From an uncultured Chloroflexia bacterium (lineage in GTDB: Bacteria; Chloroflexota; Limnocylindria; Limnocylindrales; CSP1-4), in assembly GCA_963746845.1 (NCBI GenBank), contig CAVVCZ010000001.1, positions 324,635 through 388,634 of the forward strand: 64,000 bases of DNA, given 5' to 3'. This document shows, in pieces, positions 47,776 through 56,004 of this stretch. The notes under the pieces were generated by a model. It had not been told where the DNA came from. It did not search any database and saw only the letters and a program-made list of their open reading frames with translations. The position numbers were made by a program, and so were the translations under genes. How positions within the stretch are numbered: position 1 is the stretch's first letter; each line of letters begins with the position of its first letter.

Positions 47776-48933
47776 ATGCGAATCCTCCGAGAGCTCTCGC
47801 GGCGCAAGCTGCGCACGAGCCTGACCATCACCGGCATCACCATCGGCATCTGGGCACTCGTGGTGTTCAGTTCGCTGGCCAACCAGATCAACGGCCTCGT
47901 CGGCATGGGCAGCGAATACTTCGCCGACAAGATCGTCGTCACCGACGGCATGGCCTTCGGCTCGTCGCCGATGCGCCTCGACGACGTTGAGATCATCGCC
48001 GGCCTCGACGGCGTCGGTGCCGTCCAGCCCAAGGTCGAGATCCCGTGGGACCCCGATCCCGCTATCGGGTTCGGCGCGCCGGACTTCCTGGTCGGGACCA
48101 TCCCGGGCGCCGCCGCCGGGTTCGAGACGTTCACACTCGAGCTGGCCACGGGACGCCAGCTCATCGCCGAGGACACCGGCAACGTCGTGGTCCTGGGGTC
48201 GACCATCGCCCGCAAGTACGGCGTCGTCGCCGGCGGGACGGTCGACATCCGAGGCGAGTCCTTCGATGTCCTTGGGACCCTGCAACCCACCCTCAGCTCG
48301 CCCGACACGAACGGCTTCATCCCGCTCTCGACGGCCCAGGCGCTGTACCTGGGCGACCTGCCCCCACTCGTCGCCGAGTCGCTCGAGGCGGACGAGCTGG
48401 CCAACCAGATCGTCGTCTTCCCCGAAGTCGGTGCCGACCCGACGACGGTGGCCGCGGCGATCGAGGCCGCGGTCGAGAACAGCGCGACCATGACCGGCGC
48501 CGAGTTCTCCGAGACGGTCGGCGCCACGACCGTGATCTTCAACGCGATCATCATCGGGGTGGCCGCCATCAGCCTCATCGTGGGCGGCCTGTCGGTGATC
48601 AACACGATGGCCATGAGCGTGGCCGAGCGGACCCGCGAGATCGGCATCCGGCGGGCCATCGGCGGCTCCCGGCGACGCATCGTCCGCGAGCTCGTCGCCG
48701 AGGCCGGGGTCATCGGGCTGCTGGGCGGCCTGATCGGGCTCGGCCTGGGCGCTGCGGTCGTCGTCCTGGTCAACGAGGCCGGCCGATCGAGCGGCACCGT
48801 CCTCTTCGAGCTCACCGCACAGACCGCGGCGTTCGCGGTCGGCTTCAGCACGATCCTCGGGATGGTGGCCGGGATCATCCCGGCCTGGACTGCCGCACGG
48901 CTCGACCCGGTGTCGGCCCTGCGTTACGAATGA
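47776..48933 (+). CDS. MacB/FtsX-type ABC transporter permease
   Basis: RRKLRTSLT, SVAERTREIGIRRAIG and AARLDPVSALRYE. Confidence 0.9.
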   Translation: MRILRELSRRKLRTSLTITGITIGIWALVVFSSLANQINGLVGMGSEYFADKIVVTDGMAFGSSPMRLDDVEIIAGLDGVGAVQPKVEIPWDPDPAIGFGAPDFLVGTIPGAAAGFETFTLELATGRQLIAEDTGNVVVLGSTIARKYGVVAGGTVDIRGESFDVLGTLQPTLSSPDTNGFIPLSTAQALYLGDLPPLVAESLEADELANQIVVFPEVGADPTTVAAAIEAAVENSATMTGAEFSETVGATTVIFNAIIIGVAAISLIVGGLSVINTMAMSVAERTREIGIRRAIGGSRRRIVRELVAEAGVIGLLGGLIGLGLGAAVVVLVNEAGRSSGTVLFELTAQTAAFAVGFSTILGMVAGIIPAWTAARLDPVSALRYE

Positions 48934-48962
48934 CCAACGACCGAACGACGAAGGAGCGAACG

Positions 48963-49685
48963 ATGAACCTGATCGAAGCGACCGACCTGCGCAAGACCTA
49001 CCGGCTGTCGCGCCGGACCAGCATCGATGCCCTGCAGGGTGTTGACGTCAGCATCGCCGCCGGCGAGATGGTGGCGATCATGGGGCCGTCAGGCTCCGGC
49101 AAGAGCACGCTCATGCACCTGCTCGGGCTGCTCCACGCGCCGGATACCGACGACGGCCCGGCCCCGACCCTGCGCATCGATGGGGTCGATGCGACGACCC
49201 TCTCGGACGGCGAGCGAACGTCCATCCGGGCTCGATCGATGGGCTTCGTGTTCCAGTCCTTCAACCTCGTCCCGACGCTCACCGCCGAGGAGAACGTGGC
49301 CCTCGCCGCCGAGTATGCCGGGACGTCCGGTTCGGCAGCCCGTGTGGCTGCGCGCGCCTCGCTGGCGTCGGTCGGCCTTGCCGAGCGAGCGGGGCACCGG
49401 CCGATGGAGTTGTCAGGGGGCGAGCAGCAGCGCGTGGCCATCGCCCGTGCCCTCGTGAACGACCCGAAGCTGATCCTCGGTGATGAGCCGACGGGCAACC
49501 TGGATTCATCCCGGGCCGCGGAAGTCCTGGGCCTGCTCCGTCGCTTCAACCGTGAGCGCGGGCAGACCGTGCTCATCGTCACGCACGACCAGGAGGTTGG
49601 CGCCGCCTGCGACCGGATCATCCGGATGCGTGACGGGCGGATCATCGCCGACGAGCGCGTGGCGGACGTGCAGGTTGCCGCATGA
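48963..49685 (+). CDS. ABC transporter ATP-binding protein (LolD/MacB-like)
   Basis: GPSGSGKST, LSGGEQQR and DEPTGNLD. Confidence 0.92.
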   Translation: MNLIEATDLRKTYRLSRRTSIDALQGVDVSIAAGEMVAIMGPSGSGKSTLMHLLGLLHAPDTDDGPAPTLRIDGVDATTLSDGERTSIRARSMGFVFQSFNLVPTLTAEENVALAAEYAGTSGSAARVAARASLASVGLAERAGHRPMELSGGEQQRVAIARALVNDPKLILGDEPTGNLDSSRAAEVLGLLRRFNRERGQTVLIVTHDQEVGAACDRIIRMRDGRIIADERVADVQVAA

Positions 49686-49704
49686 CGGCCGGAACAATGC
49701 GCGA

Positions 49705-50110
49705 TCACGCACAAGCACTCGGCGAACCGATCATCCGTGCCGGGTTGCTGGCAGGCGCCACAAGTCGCTTTGTCTTGGTCCCGCTAGCTACGAGTTCTCC
49801 ACCGCCCGCGCGCTTGACCAGCGCCTGGTACTGCGACCGCAGGACATCGACCTCGGCCTGGAGTTCGGCGCCCTCGGGACTGGCTGGGTCGATGTCCGCG
49901 AGACGACGCTCGACGGCTCGCCACTCGGCGAGCACGTCGCCGATACGGTACATCCTGGCCGAGAGCTTCGTGGTCGGCCGCTCGACCGGATAGAAGAGCG
50001 CCCGGAACCTGCCGTCGGCCTCTTCGAGGATCGCGGAACGGACCCGCACGAGCTCACCGTCGAGTCGCCGGAATGCCCCCTCGGCAAGGACCCTCTCCGG
50101 CCGCGACGCG
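49705..50110 (-). pseudogene. 3' fragment of a hypothetical (PAS-like + helical) protein
   Basis: Protein-like frame FRRLDGELVRV...VLAEWRAVERRL. Its 5' end abuts the recombinase remnant. Confidence 0.35.
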
Positions 50111-50116
50111 AAGTCA

Positions 50117-50374
50117 GCGACGTGGAGGGCGGCCGAGGTGCCCGCGGAGAAGGCCGATCTGCTCCACGCCATCTACGATCGGATCACCGTCGCAGGAAGG
50201 AGCATCGTGTCCGTCAGGCTCACTCCGTCGGCATACGCCCACGGATTCGCGCTCGCACTGCCCGAAAAGGTTGCAGTGGCGCGCCCGACAGGTGTCGGGC
50301 GCGCGTTAGCAACCTACGAGATCCCGATCGAGGGTCGCGATGAGTGGCTGGTCGCGGCGAGGCGGCAGGCGTGA
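50117..50374 (+). pseudogene. large serine recombinase 3' remnant spanning an intact attP-like site
   Basis: ATWRAAEVPAEKADLLHAIYDRITVAGRSIVSVRLTPSAYAHGFALALPEKVAVARPTGVGRALATYEIPIEGRDEWLVAARRQA*. Confidence 0.72.
50268..50315. mobile_element. 48-bp symmetric attP-like site
   Basis: aggttgc agtg gcgcgcccgaca GG tgtcgggcgcgc gtta gcaacct: perfect 12-bp inner and 7-bp outer inverted arms. Confidence 0.85.
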
Positions 50375-50415
50375 CGGTCGTGGACAGTACGCACCTGCCT
50401 CGACGTCCTCGTCGA

Positions 50416-50874
50416 TCAACGGCGGAGGCGGGGCCAGGCTGCGGCGATCAGGCCGACCCGCAGGAGCGCCAGGGCGGGCGGGATGGGCAGGGCGTAGCCG
50501 TACCAGAAGACTGCCTCGATCGGGATCATGGCGACGGCAAGCACGGCTCCAGAGCGGCGTCCCCGCCACATCAACCACCCGCCCCACGCGACCGCTGCAG
50601 TGACACCCGCGTATCCGACGAGCGTCGCGGCGAACGCCTCGGGACTCAACAGGCCCCACCACGGGCCGCCATACATCGGGAACAGGTCGCCGAGCCACGG
50701 CAGTTCCCGTTCCCGGAGTGCATAGGCCGCGATCGGCAACGCGGGCAGCCCGTATCCGGCCGCGTACACCCAGCACACCACCGCTGCACCACGCGCGACA
50801 CCGGGGACCGCCGCCGTCGCGGTCACGCGGTCCGCAGCCCCAGGGCGATCCCGATCCACGTGAACTCCGGTCAT
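50416..50874 (-). CDS. small membrane protein
   Basis: Four hydrophobic segments; overlaps the SRPBCC stop. Confidence 0.65.
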   Translation of the reverse strand: MTGVHVDRDRPGAADRVTATAAVPGVARGAAVVCWVYAAGYGLPALPIAAYALRERELPWLGDLFPMYGGPWWGLLSPEAFAATLVGYAGVTAAVAWGGWLMWRGRRSGAVLAVAMIPIEAVFWYGYALPIPPALALLRVGLIAAAWPRLRR

Positions 50875-51326
50875 GTCCTGGCCTCCGCCTCCGATTCCAG
50901 CAGGGCCCTTAGCACCTGATCATTCCGTTCGACGTCGCGGCGCAGCACACGTCCCATGGACGGCTCGATGAGCCGACCCAGTCCGGGGAAGCGGAGTTGG
51001 ACGCGACTGGTCAACGCGCTGGTGGAGGCGCTGGTCGGCTCGACGAGGTAGGACGCCTCTCCGGTCACTCCGCCCCCGGGCGGGATGTCGAAGGCGACGA
51101 AGCGACCGGGCTCGAACGCGACGAACTTGTTCCGCGACTCGATCCGCCGACCCGCGAACCGGCGAACGAAGCTGTGCTCTGACCCTACCCCGATAGGACC
51201 CGGTGTAAGGCGATGGACTTCGTCGAGCCCGGACTGCCAGCGCGGCGCGTTCGTCTGGTCGCTGACGAACGCAAACACGTCGGCGGCCGGCCGCCCGATC
51301 TCGATCCGTGTCTCCACGCTGATCAT
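50871..51326 (-). CDS. SRPBCC/polyketide cyclase family protein
   Basis: IEIGRPAADVFAFVSDQTNAPRWQ...LRALLE. Confidence 0.85.
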   Translation of the reverse strand: MISVETRIEIGRPAADVFAFVSDQTNAPRWQSGLDEVHRLTPGPIGVGSEHSFVRRFAGRRIESRNKFVAFEPGRFVAFDIPPGGGVTGEASYLVEPTSASTSALTSRVQLRFPGLGRLIEPSMGRVLRRDVERNDQVLRALLESEAEART

Positions 51327-51358
51327 CCGCAGGTCCCTTCCCCAGTGAACTGGCTGTA

Positions 51359-51380
51359 TCACTAGTGTGCACTCTAGTGA
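51359..51380. promoter_or_regulatory. near-perfect 22-bp palindrome, likely TetR operator
   Basis: tcactagtgtgcactctagtga, between the divergent SRPBCC and TetR genes. Confidence 0.7.
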
Positions 51381-51426
51381 GACGTCGGATAGTATCGCCT
51401 TCGCGACGGATGTCAAGAGGTTCCGC

Positions 51427-52089
51427 ATGGCCAGCCTGACCCGACGGGAGCGGTCCCGCGCCACCCACTGGAAGATCGTCGAGGCATCGCACCGCCTGTT
51501 CTCGACCCAGGGCTATGCCGCCACGACGATGGCGCAGGTCGCCGAGGCTGCTGGCGTCGCCGTCCAGACGGTCTACTTCGTGTTCCACACAAAGCCCGCC
51601 CTGCTCGCGCGGGCCATCGACTTCGCCGTAATGGGCCGGGATGACCCGCGTTCTCCTGAGGAGCAGCCGTGGTACCTGGCGATGACCGATGCCTCGGGGA
51701 TCGCCGAGGCGGTTCGCCACCTGGTGACCGGTGTCGGCTCGATCATGCCAAGGGTGATCCCGCTCAATCTCGCGGCGCGGGCGAGTGACGATCCCGACCT
51801 GGCCAGGGTCATGGCGGAATCCGAGGCCTGGCGGGCCGATGGCTACCGGGTCATTCTCGAGATCCTTCGGAAGAAGGCACCGCTGCGCGATGGGCTCGAT
51901 CCGGAGAGAGCAGCGCACCTGCTGCTCTTCTACGTTGGCGAGGACGCCTACCACTTCCTCGTCGGGACGTACGGCTGGCCGCACGACGACTGGGTGGATT
52001 GGTGCGTCACCACGCTCCTGGATCAGGTATTCGGTCTGGCCACGCCACCCGAAGGCATCCTCTCCGGCACGCAGCCGACGAACCACTGA
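51427..52089 (+). CDS. TetR family regulator
   Basis: GYAATTMAQVAEAAGVAVQTVYFVFHTKPALL. Confidence 0.9.
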   Translation: MASLTRRERSRATHWKIVEASHRLFSTQGYAATTMAQVAEAAGVAVQTVYFVFHTKPALLARAIDFAVMGRDDPRSPEEQPWYLAMTDASGIAEAVRHLVTGVGSIMPRVIPLNLAARASDDPDLARVMAESEAWRADGYRVILEILRKKAPLRDGLDPERAAHLLLFYVGEDAYHFLVGTYGWPHDDWVDWCVTTLLDQVFGLATPPEGILSGTQPTNH

Positions 52090-52196
52090 CGGTCGCAGGC
52101 CCTCGAGATCGTGGGTGTCCGGCTGACCCAAGCGGCCTACGCGCACGGGTTGGCGCTGGCGCTGCCCGAAAAGGTTGCAATGGCGCGCCCGACAGG
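52086..52196 (+). pseudogene. recombinase 3' remnant and P arm abutting the tRNA
   Basis: LTVAG/LEIVGVRLTQAAYAHGLALALPEKVAMARPTG; att arm aggttgc aatg gcgcgcccgaca GG. Confidence 0.75.
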
Positions 52197-52256
52197 ATTC
52201 GAACCTGCGACCTTCGGCTCCGGAGGCCGACGCTCTATCCACTGAGCTACAGGCGC
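52181..52256 (-). tRNA. tRNA-Arg(CCG)
   Basis: GCGCCTGTAGCTCAGTGGATAGAGCGTCGGCCTCCGGAGCCGAAGGTCGCAGGTTCGAATCCTGTCGGGCGCGCCA: full cloverleaf with encoded CCA. Confidence 0.97.
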
Positions 52257-52320
52257 GCGGACCGCGATGATAGCCGCTGAGCGTGGATCGACCATCAGCT
52301 TCTGGTCTGGACTGCCAGCC

Positions 52321-52641
52321 CTACGGTCCGAAGCGCAACGAGGCGACGACCGCGTCGAGCTCGGCGAGCAGGGCTGCCGTCGCGTCCTCGTCCGAGATCC
52401 TCGCCGCCGCAGCGAGCGTTCGCCCGTCGACGTCGACCACGTAGACCGTCATGGTCCATCCCGGATCGATGTTGGACACGCCGTGGCCTCCGGGATCTTC
52501 TGGGAACAGCCACATCGTGCCGTCGTCGCACGTTGTCGCGTCCAGGTCGGCTGGGAACGAGAGCGCGAACCGGCTTGCCTGGTTGCCGGAGATGCTGACC
52601 TCGGTCGGTCCGAGCGCCTCGGACCACGAGGTCGCGCGCAC
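52321..52641 (-). pseudogene. 3' fragment of a hypothetical secreted-type protein
   Basis: Protein-like C-terminus TVYVVDVDGRTL...AELDAVVASLRF; no good start. Confidence 0.4.
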
Positions 52642-52814
52642 TGCTCACCGCCCGATTCCCTCGCGGCGACCTGCCGCCTTGCCAATGATGTGCCCGACCC
52701 GCCCCCGGAAGGTTCCACATTCGGCCGCTGATCGCCGACAGGCGATGGGCATATCGTTCGAGGCGGCGCATCTCCCTCTTCCGGAGACGCGTCGTGATCT
52801 GGAGCCTCCCGACC

Positions 52815-54084
52815 ATGAAGCTGGACGTCCAACCGCTCGTCGCCCTGTGCGACATGCCCGTCCACATCGGCGTCAGCGACGTGCCAGAGGGCACCAAGGT
52901 CAAGGTCAGCGCGCGCATGGCGCTGCCGTGGGCACCCGCCGCCGGATATGAGTCCGCGGCCTGGTTCACGAGCGGACCGTCCGGGATCGTCGACCTCGCC
53001 AGACAGAGGCCGGACTCCGGCAGCTACGATTTCGTGGACCCCATGGGCCTCATCGTGTCGCTGCGGCGAACGGCCGGCTCCAACCTCGCCGACATCGCCC
53101 AGAACGTCTCCCCAGATGAGCCGATCCGGATCGAGATCGTGGCCGAGTGCGGCTCCGATCGAACGTCGGCCACACTCGAGCGCAGGTTCCTGGCTCCCAA
53201 CATCAAGCGCGAGCGCCTCCCGGCGCCCATGGTGGGCGAGCTCTTCTCCAGCCCCGAGGCCCGGTCAGACCGGGTGGTCCTTGTGCCGACCGGATCGGGC
53301 GGCGACCTCGGATCGGTCCTCCCGATCGCGGCTCTCCTTGCCTCGCACGGGATCAATGCCCTTGGCCTGGCCTATTTCGAGGAGGAGGGGTTGCCGGGCG
53401 CTCTGGCTCGGATCCCACTTGAGTATTTCGAGCAGGTCTTCGCGTGGCTGCGAGCCCATCCGACGGAGGGCCCGAGGGAGGTCGACATCCTCGGCATCTC
53501 CAAGGGTGGCGAGCTGGCCCTGCTCCTGGCTTCGCGTTACCCCTTGGTCACGAAGGTCGCGGCGTTTGCGCCGCATGCGTACTGCTTCCAGGGCCTCAAC
53601 TTCCGGACCGTGTCGTCATGGACGTATCACGGAGCCGATCTGCCGTTCATCCGGCTGAGCATCCGCGTACTCGTCGAGAGCATGTTGAGGGCGTTCATGC
53701 GTAATCGACCGTTCGGCTACGTGACCACCTATCGAAAGGGACTCAGAGCGGCGAAGAACACGGAGGCCGCGCGGATCAAGGTCGAGGACTCCAACGCCAA
53801 GATTTCTGCTGTTCGCCGGCAGACGCGACGGCATCTGGAACTCGTACGACGGCTGCGAGGTCGTGATGCGGGAGCTCGACGGGCGGGCGTATCGCCGCCA
53901 ACACCAGTTCGTCGGCTACGAGGACGCCGGGCACTCCTGGTACCCGCCCTACGTGATCCCGTGCACGGACACGACGGTCAAGATTGCGCCGCGGCTCAGG
54001 CTCGCGACTGGAGGGACACTCGAGGGGAATGCCCGCGCCCAGGCCGACTCCTGGCAGCGCGCGCTCGCGTTCTTCGCCTCCTGA
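52815..54084 (+). pseudogene. acyl-CoA thioesterase/BAAT family hydrolase with a +1 frameshift near 53803
   Basis: GISKGG in the first frame. Removing one T from gatttctg restores ILLFAGRRDGIW...YEDAGH, ending at 54084. Confidence 0.8.
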
Positions 54085-54129
54085 CCCAGGCTGCGAACGG
54101 GCACCGGATCAGCGGGACCCTGGCGGCTT

Positions 54130-54633
54130 CTACCAGAGGTCGACCTGCGGGAGGCCGTTGCGGCCGAGCGTCTCGTTCAGCTCGGCGACGTGGTAGACGT
54201 CGTGCGAGAAGACCCGTTGGATGACTGCGCCGCGACTGTGGACCCAGGTGTCGTCCCACTCGGGGTGTCGCAGCACCTCGACGAGTGATTCGAGCGTCAA
54301 GCGGTCGAGGCAGGCCTCGACGATCCGGAACGTCGAGTCGATCGCCTCGACGAGCTGATCGGCGTCGAGCACGTGCTCGAGATCGTCGTCTCCGGGACAG
54401 TCGTACCCGGCATTCGTGAACCGCGTGGACTCGGCGCCGGGCTCGCCGGCGAAGTCGCACAGCCAGAACACCCGCTGGCACAGCGCATGCCCGACCGTCG
54501 CCCAGACCGGCCAGCGATCGGGCGAGGGGCGGAGCGCCAGCTGGTCGGCCGTGAGTGCGCCGACCACGTCACGGAGGCGGCCGTTGTAGGTGGGCCACAT
54601 GCTGTACGCGGGCCGGATCATCGGGCTGCTCAT
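54130..54633 (-). CDS. DinB family protein
   Basis: WPVWATVGH...SHDVYHVAEL. Confidence 0.85.
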   Translation of the reverse strand: MSSPMIRPAYSMWPTYNGRLRDVVGALTADQLALRPSPDRWPVWATVGHALCQRVFWLCDFAGEPGAESTRFTNAGYDCPGDDDLEHVLDADQLVEAIDSTFRIVEACLDRLTLESLVEVLRHPEWDDTWVHSRGAVIQRVFSHDVYHVAELNETLGRNGLPQVDLW

Positions 54634-54669
54634 GGCGTCAAGCCTATTCGCGAACCAGGTCGGAACTTG

Positions 54670-55056
54670 TCAGAAACCGGTGCCGGCGCTCGCCGGGGCC
54701 TCGTCTGTGCGGCGTTCCTGCCATGGCCAGCGATGCTCGATCTCGACCACCAGCGACCAGCTCAGGAATGTCCGGATGAGCACGAGCAGGGCGAGGATGC
54801 CGACGTTGGTCAGGCTCGGCTCGAGGGCCACGGTCCGGACGATGTCGGCCGCCACCAGGATCTCGAGTCCGAGCAGGAGGGCCCGCCCGAGGCGGATCTT
54901 GTATTCCTCGTAGCCGGGCAGCCCGGCCGTCCGTCGGACCAGCCGGCGGACATAGGCAATGGTGGCGGCGATCGTCGCGATGATGATGATCGCGACGGCG
55001 AGCGTCTCGATCAGCACCGCCGCCAGCTCGATGGCCTCCTCGAGCTCTTGGGTCAT
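54670..55056 (-). CDS. DUF1622 membrane protein
   Basis: LGRALLLGLEILVAADIVRTV...IRTFLSWSL..EIE.RWPW. Confidence 0.9.
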   Translation of the reverse strand: MTQELEEAIELAAVLIETLAVAIIIIATIAATIAYVRRLVRRTAGLPGYEEYKIRLGRALLLGLEILVAADIVRTVALEPSLTNVGILALLVLIRTFLSWSLVVEIEHRWPWQERRTDEAPASAGTGF

Positions 55057-55326
55057 GAACTCGGACAGACCGACGGCACCACCCGCCACGGGCGGATCGA
55101 TCGTCGGCACGCTCGTTCTCGCATCACGGGCGGATCCTCCAACAGGAGCCCCGGCAGGGCAATGGCGTCGGCACACCTACGCCCGTGCTGGCGGCTCGCG
55201 ACCGGTCGCGGGAGGGCGCACCACTCGGCGATCCGGTGGTGCACCGCATCGCGCAGGTCGCGCAGGTCGCTATGCTGCGTTCACCCGACGCCTCGCGCTC
55301 GGGATGAGTGGAGGAGAACCGGCCAC

Positions 55327-55914
55327 ATGCATCGACCCCTTGGTATCACGATCCTTGCCGTGCTGGCGGGCCTGGCGGGCCTGTTCCAGGTCTGGCGGAT
55401 CCTCGTGTTCCTCGGCATCACCAGCTTCTCGTTTGTCGGAAAGACCGTCTCCTTTTCGGACCCGCAGTGGGGCTACGCGATCTGGGCGGCCATCCTCGCA
55501 GCGATCTGGTTCTGGGTCGCCGCCGGGTTCTGGGGCGTCAGGGCCTACGCCTGGTCGTTCGGCAACTTCATCGCCCTGTTCACGATCATCTTCGGCTTCT
55601 TCGCCCTCCTGGGTGGGTCGACGATGGAGGCCGAGACGGTCGGCTGGCTGCTCGCGATCGTGGTCTACATGTACCTGAACTATCCGGGCGTCCGTGACGC
55701 GTTCTACCAGAGCGAGGTGGGACGGCTGACCCCGGAGCAGAAGGCCGCGATGGAGCAGATGGAGGCGGCCCAGCGGGCCATGGCCCAGGCGACGGCCGCC
55801 ATCTCCGCGGTGCCCGCCGCTGCGGCGCCCGCCGCTGCGGCCCCGGCCGCTGCGGCCCCCGCTGCACCCGCGCCGCCCCCGGCGCCGACCGACCCCGGGC
55901 CGACGGGGAGCTAG
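55327..55914 (+). CDS. membrane protein with Pro/Ala tail
   Basis: GGAGGAG RBS, MHRPLGITILAVL, four TM segments and PAAAA repeats. Confidence 0.75.
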   Translation: MHRPLGITILAVLAGLAGLFQVWRILVFLGITSFSFVGKTVSFSDPQWGYAIWAAILAAIWFWVAAGFWGVRAYAWSFGNFIALFTIIFGFFALLGGSTMEAETVGWLLAIVVYMYLNYPGVRDAFYQSEVGRLTPEQKAAMEQMEAAQRAMAQATAAISAVPAAAAPAAAAPAAAAPAAPAPPPAPTDPGPTGS

Positions 55915-56004
55915 AGCCACCCGCTCATCGACCGGCCAGTCAGGCCGGACTCGATCGCTCCGGAGACCGATCGGCCCACGGCCGGTCGGTCTCATGCATC
56001 TGGG

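Larger units (their letters stand above)
39421..52196. mobile_element. decayed tandem integrative island at the tRNA-Arg(CCG) 3' end (left boundary approximate)
   Basis: Four att-like sites, three recombinase 3' remnants, a phage gene remnant and accessory cargo. Confidence 0.75.

Noticed and set aside
41423-52196. Classical integron (attC/IntI)
   Set aside because: There is no tyrosine integrase and no RYYYAAC...GTTRRRY attC structure; the sites are tRNA-derived and lie within recombinase remnants.
55963-55993. DosR-like box upstream of the holin-phosphodiesterase gene
   Set aside because: Better explained as a GC-rich hairpin (gagaccgatcggcc-cac-ggccggtcggtctc).
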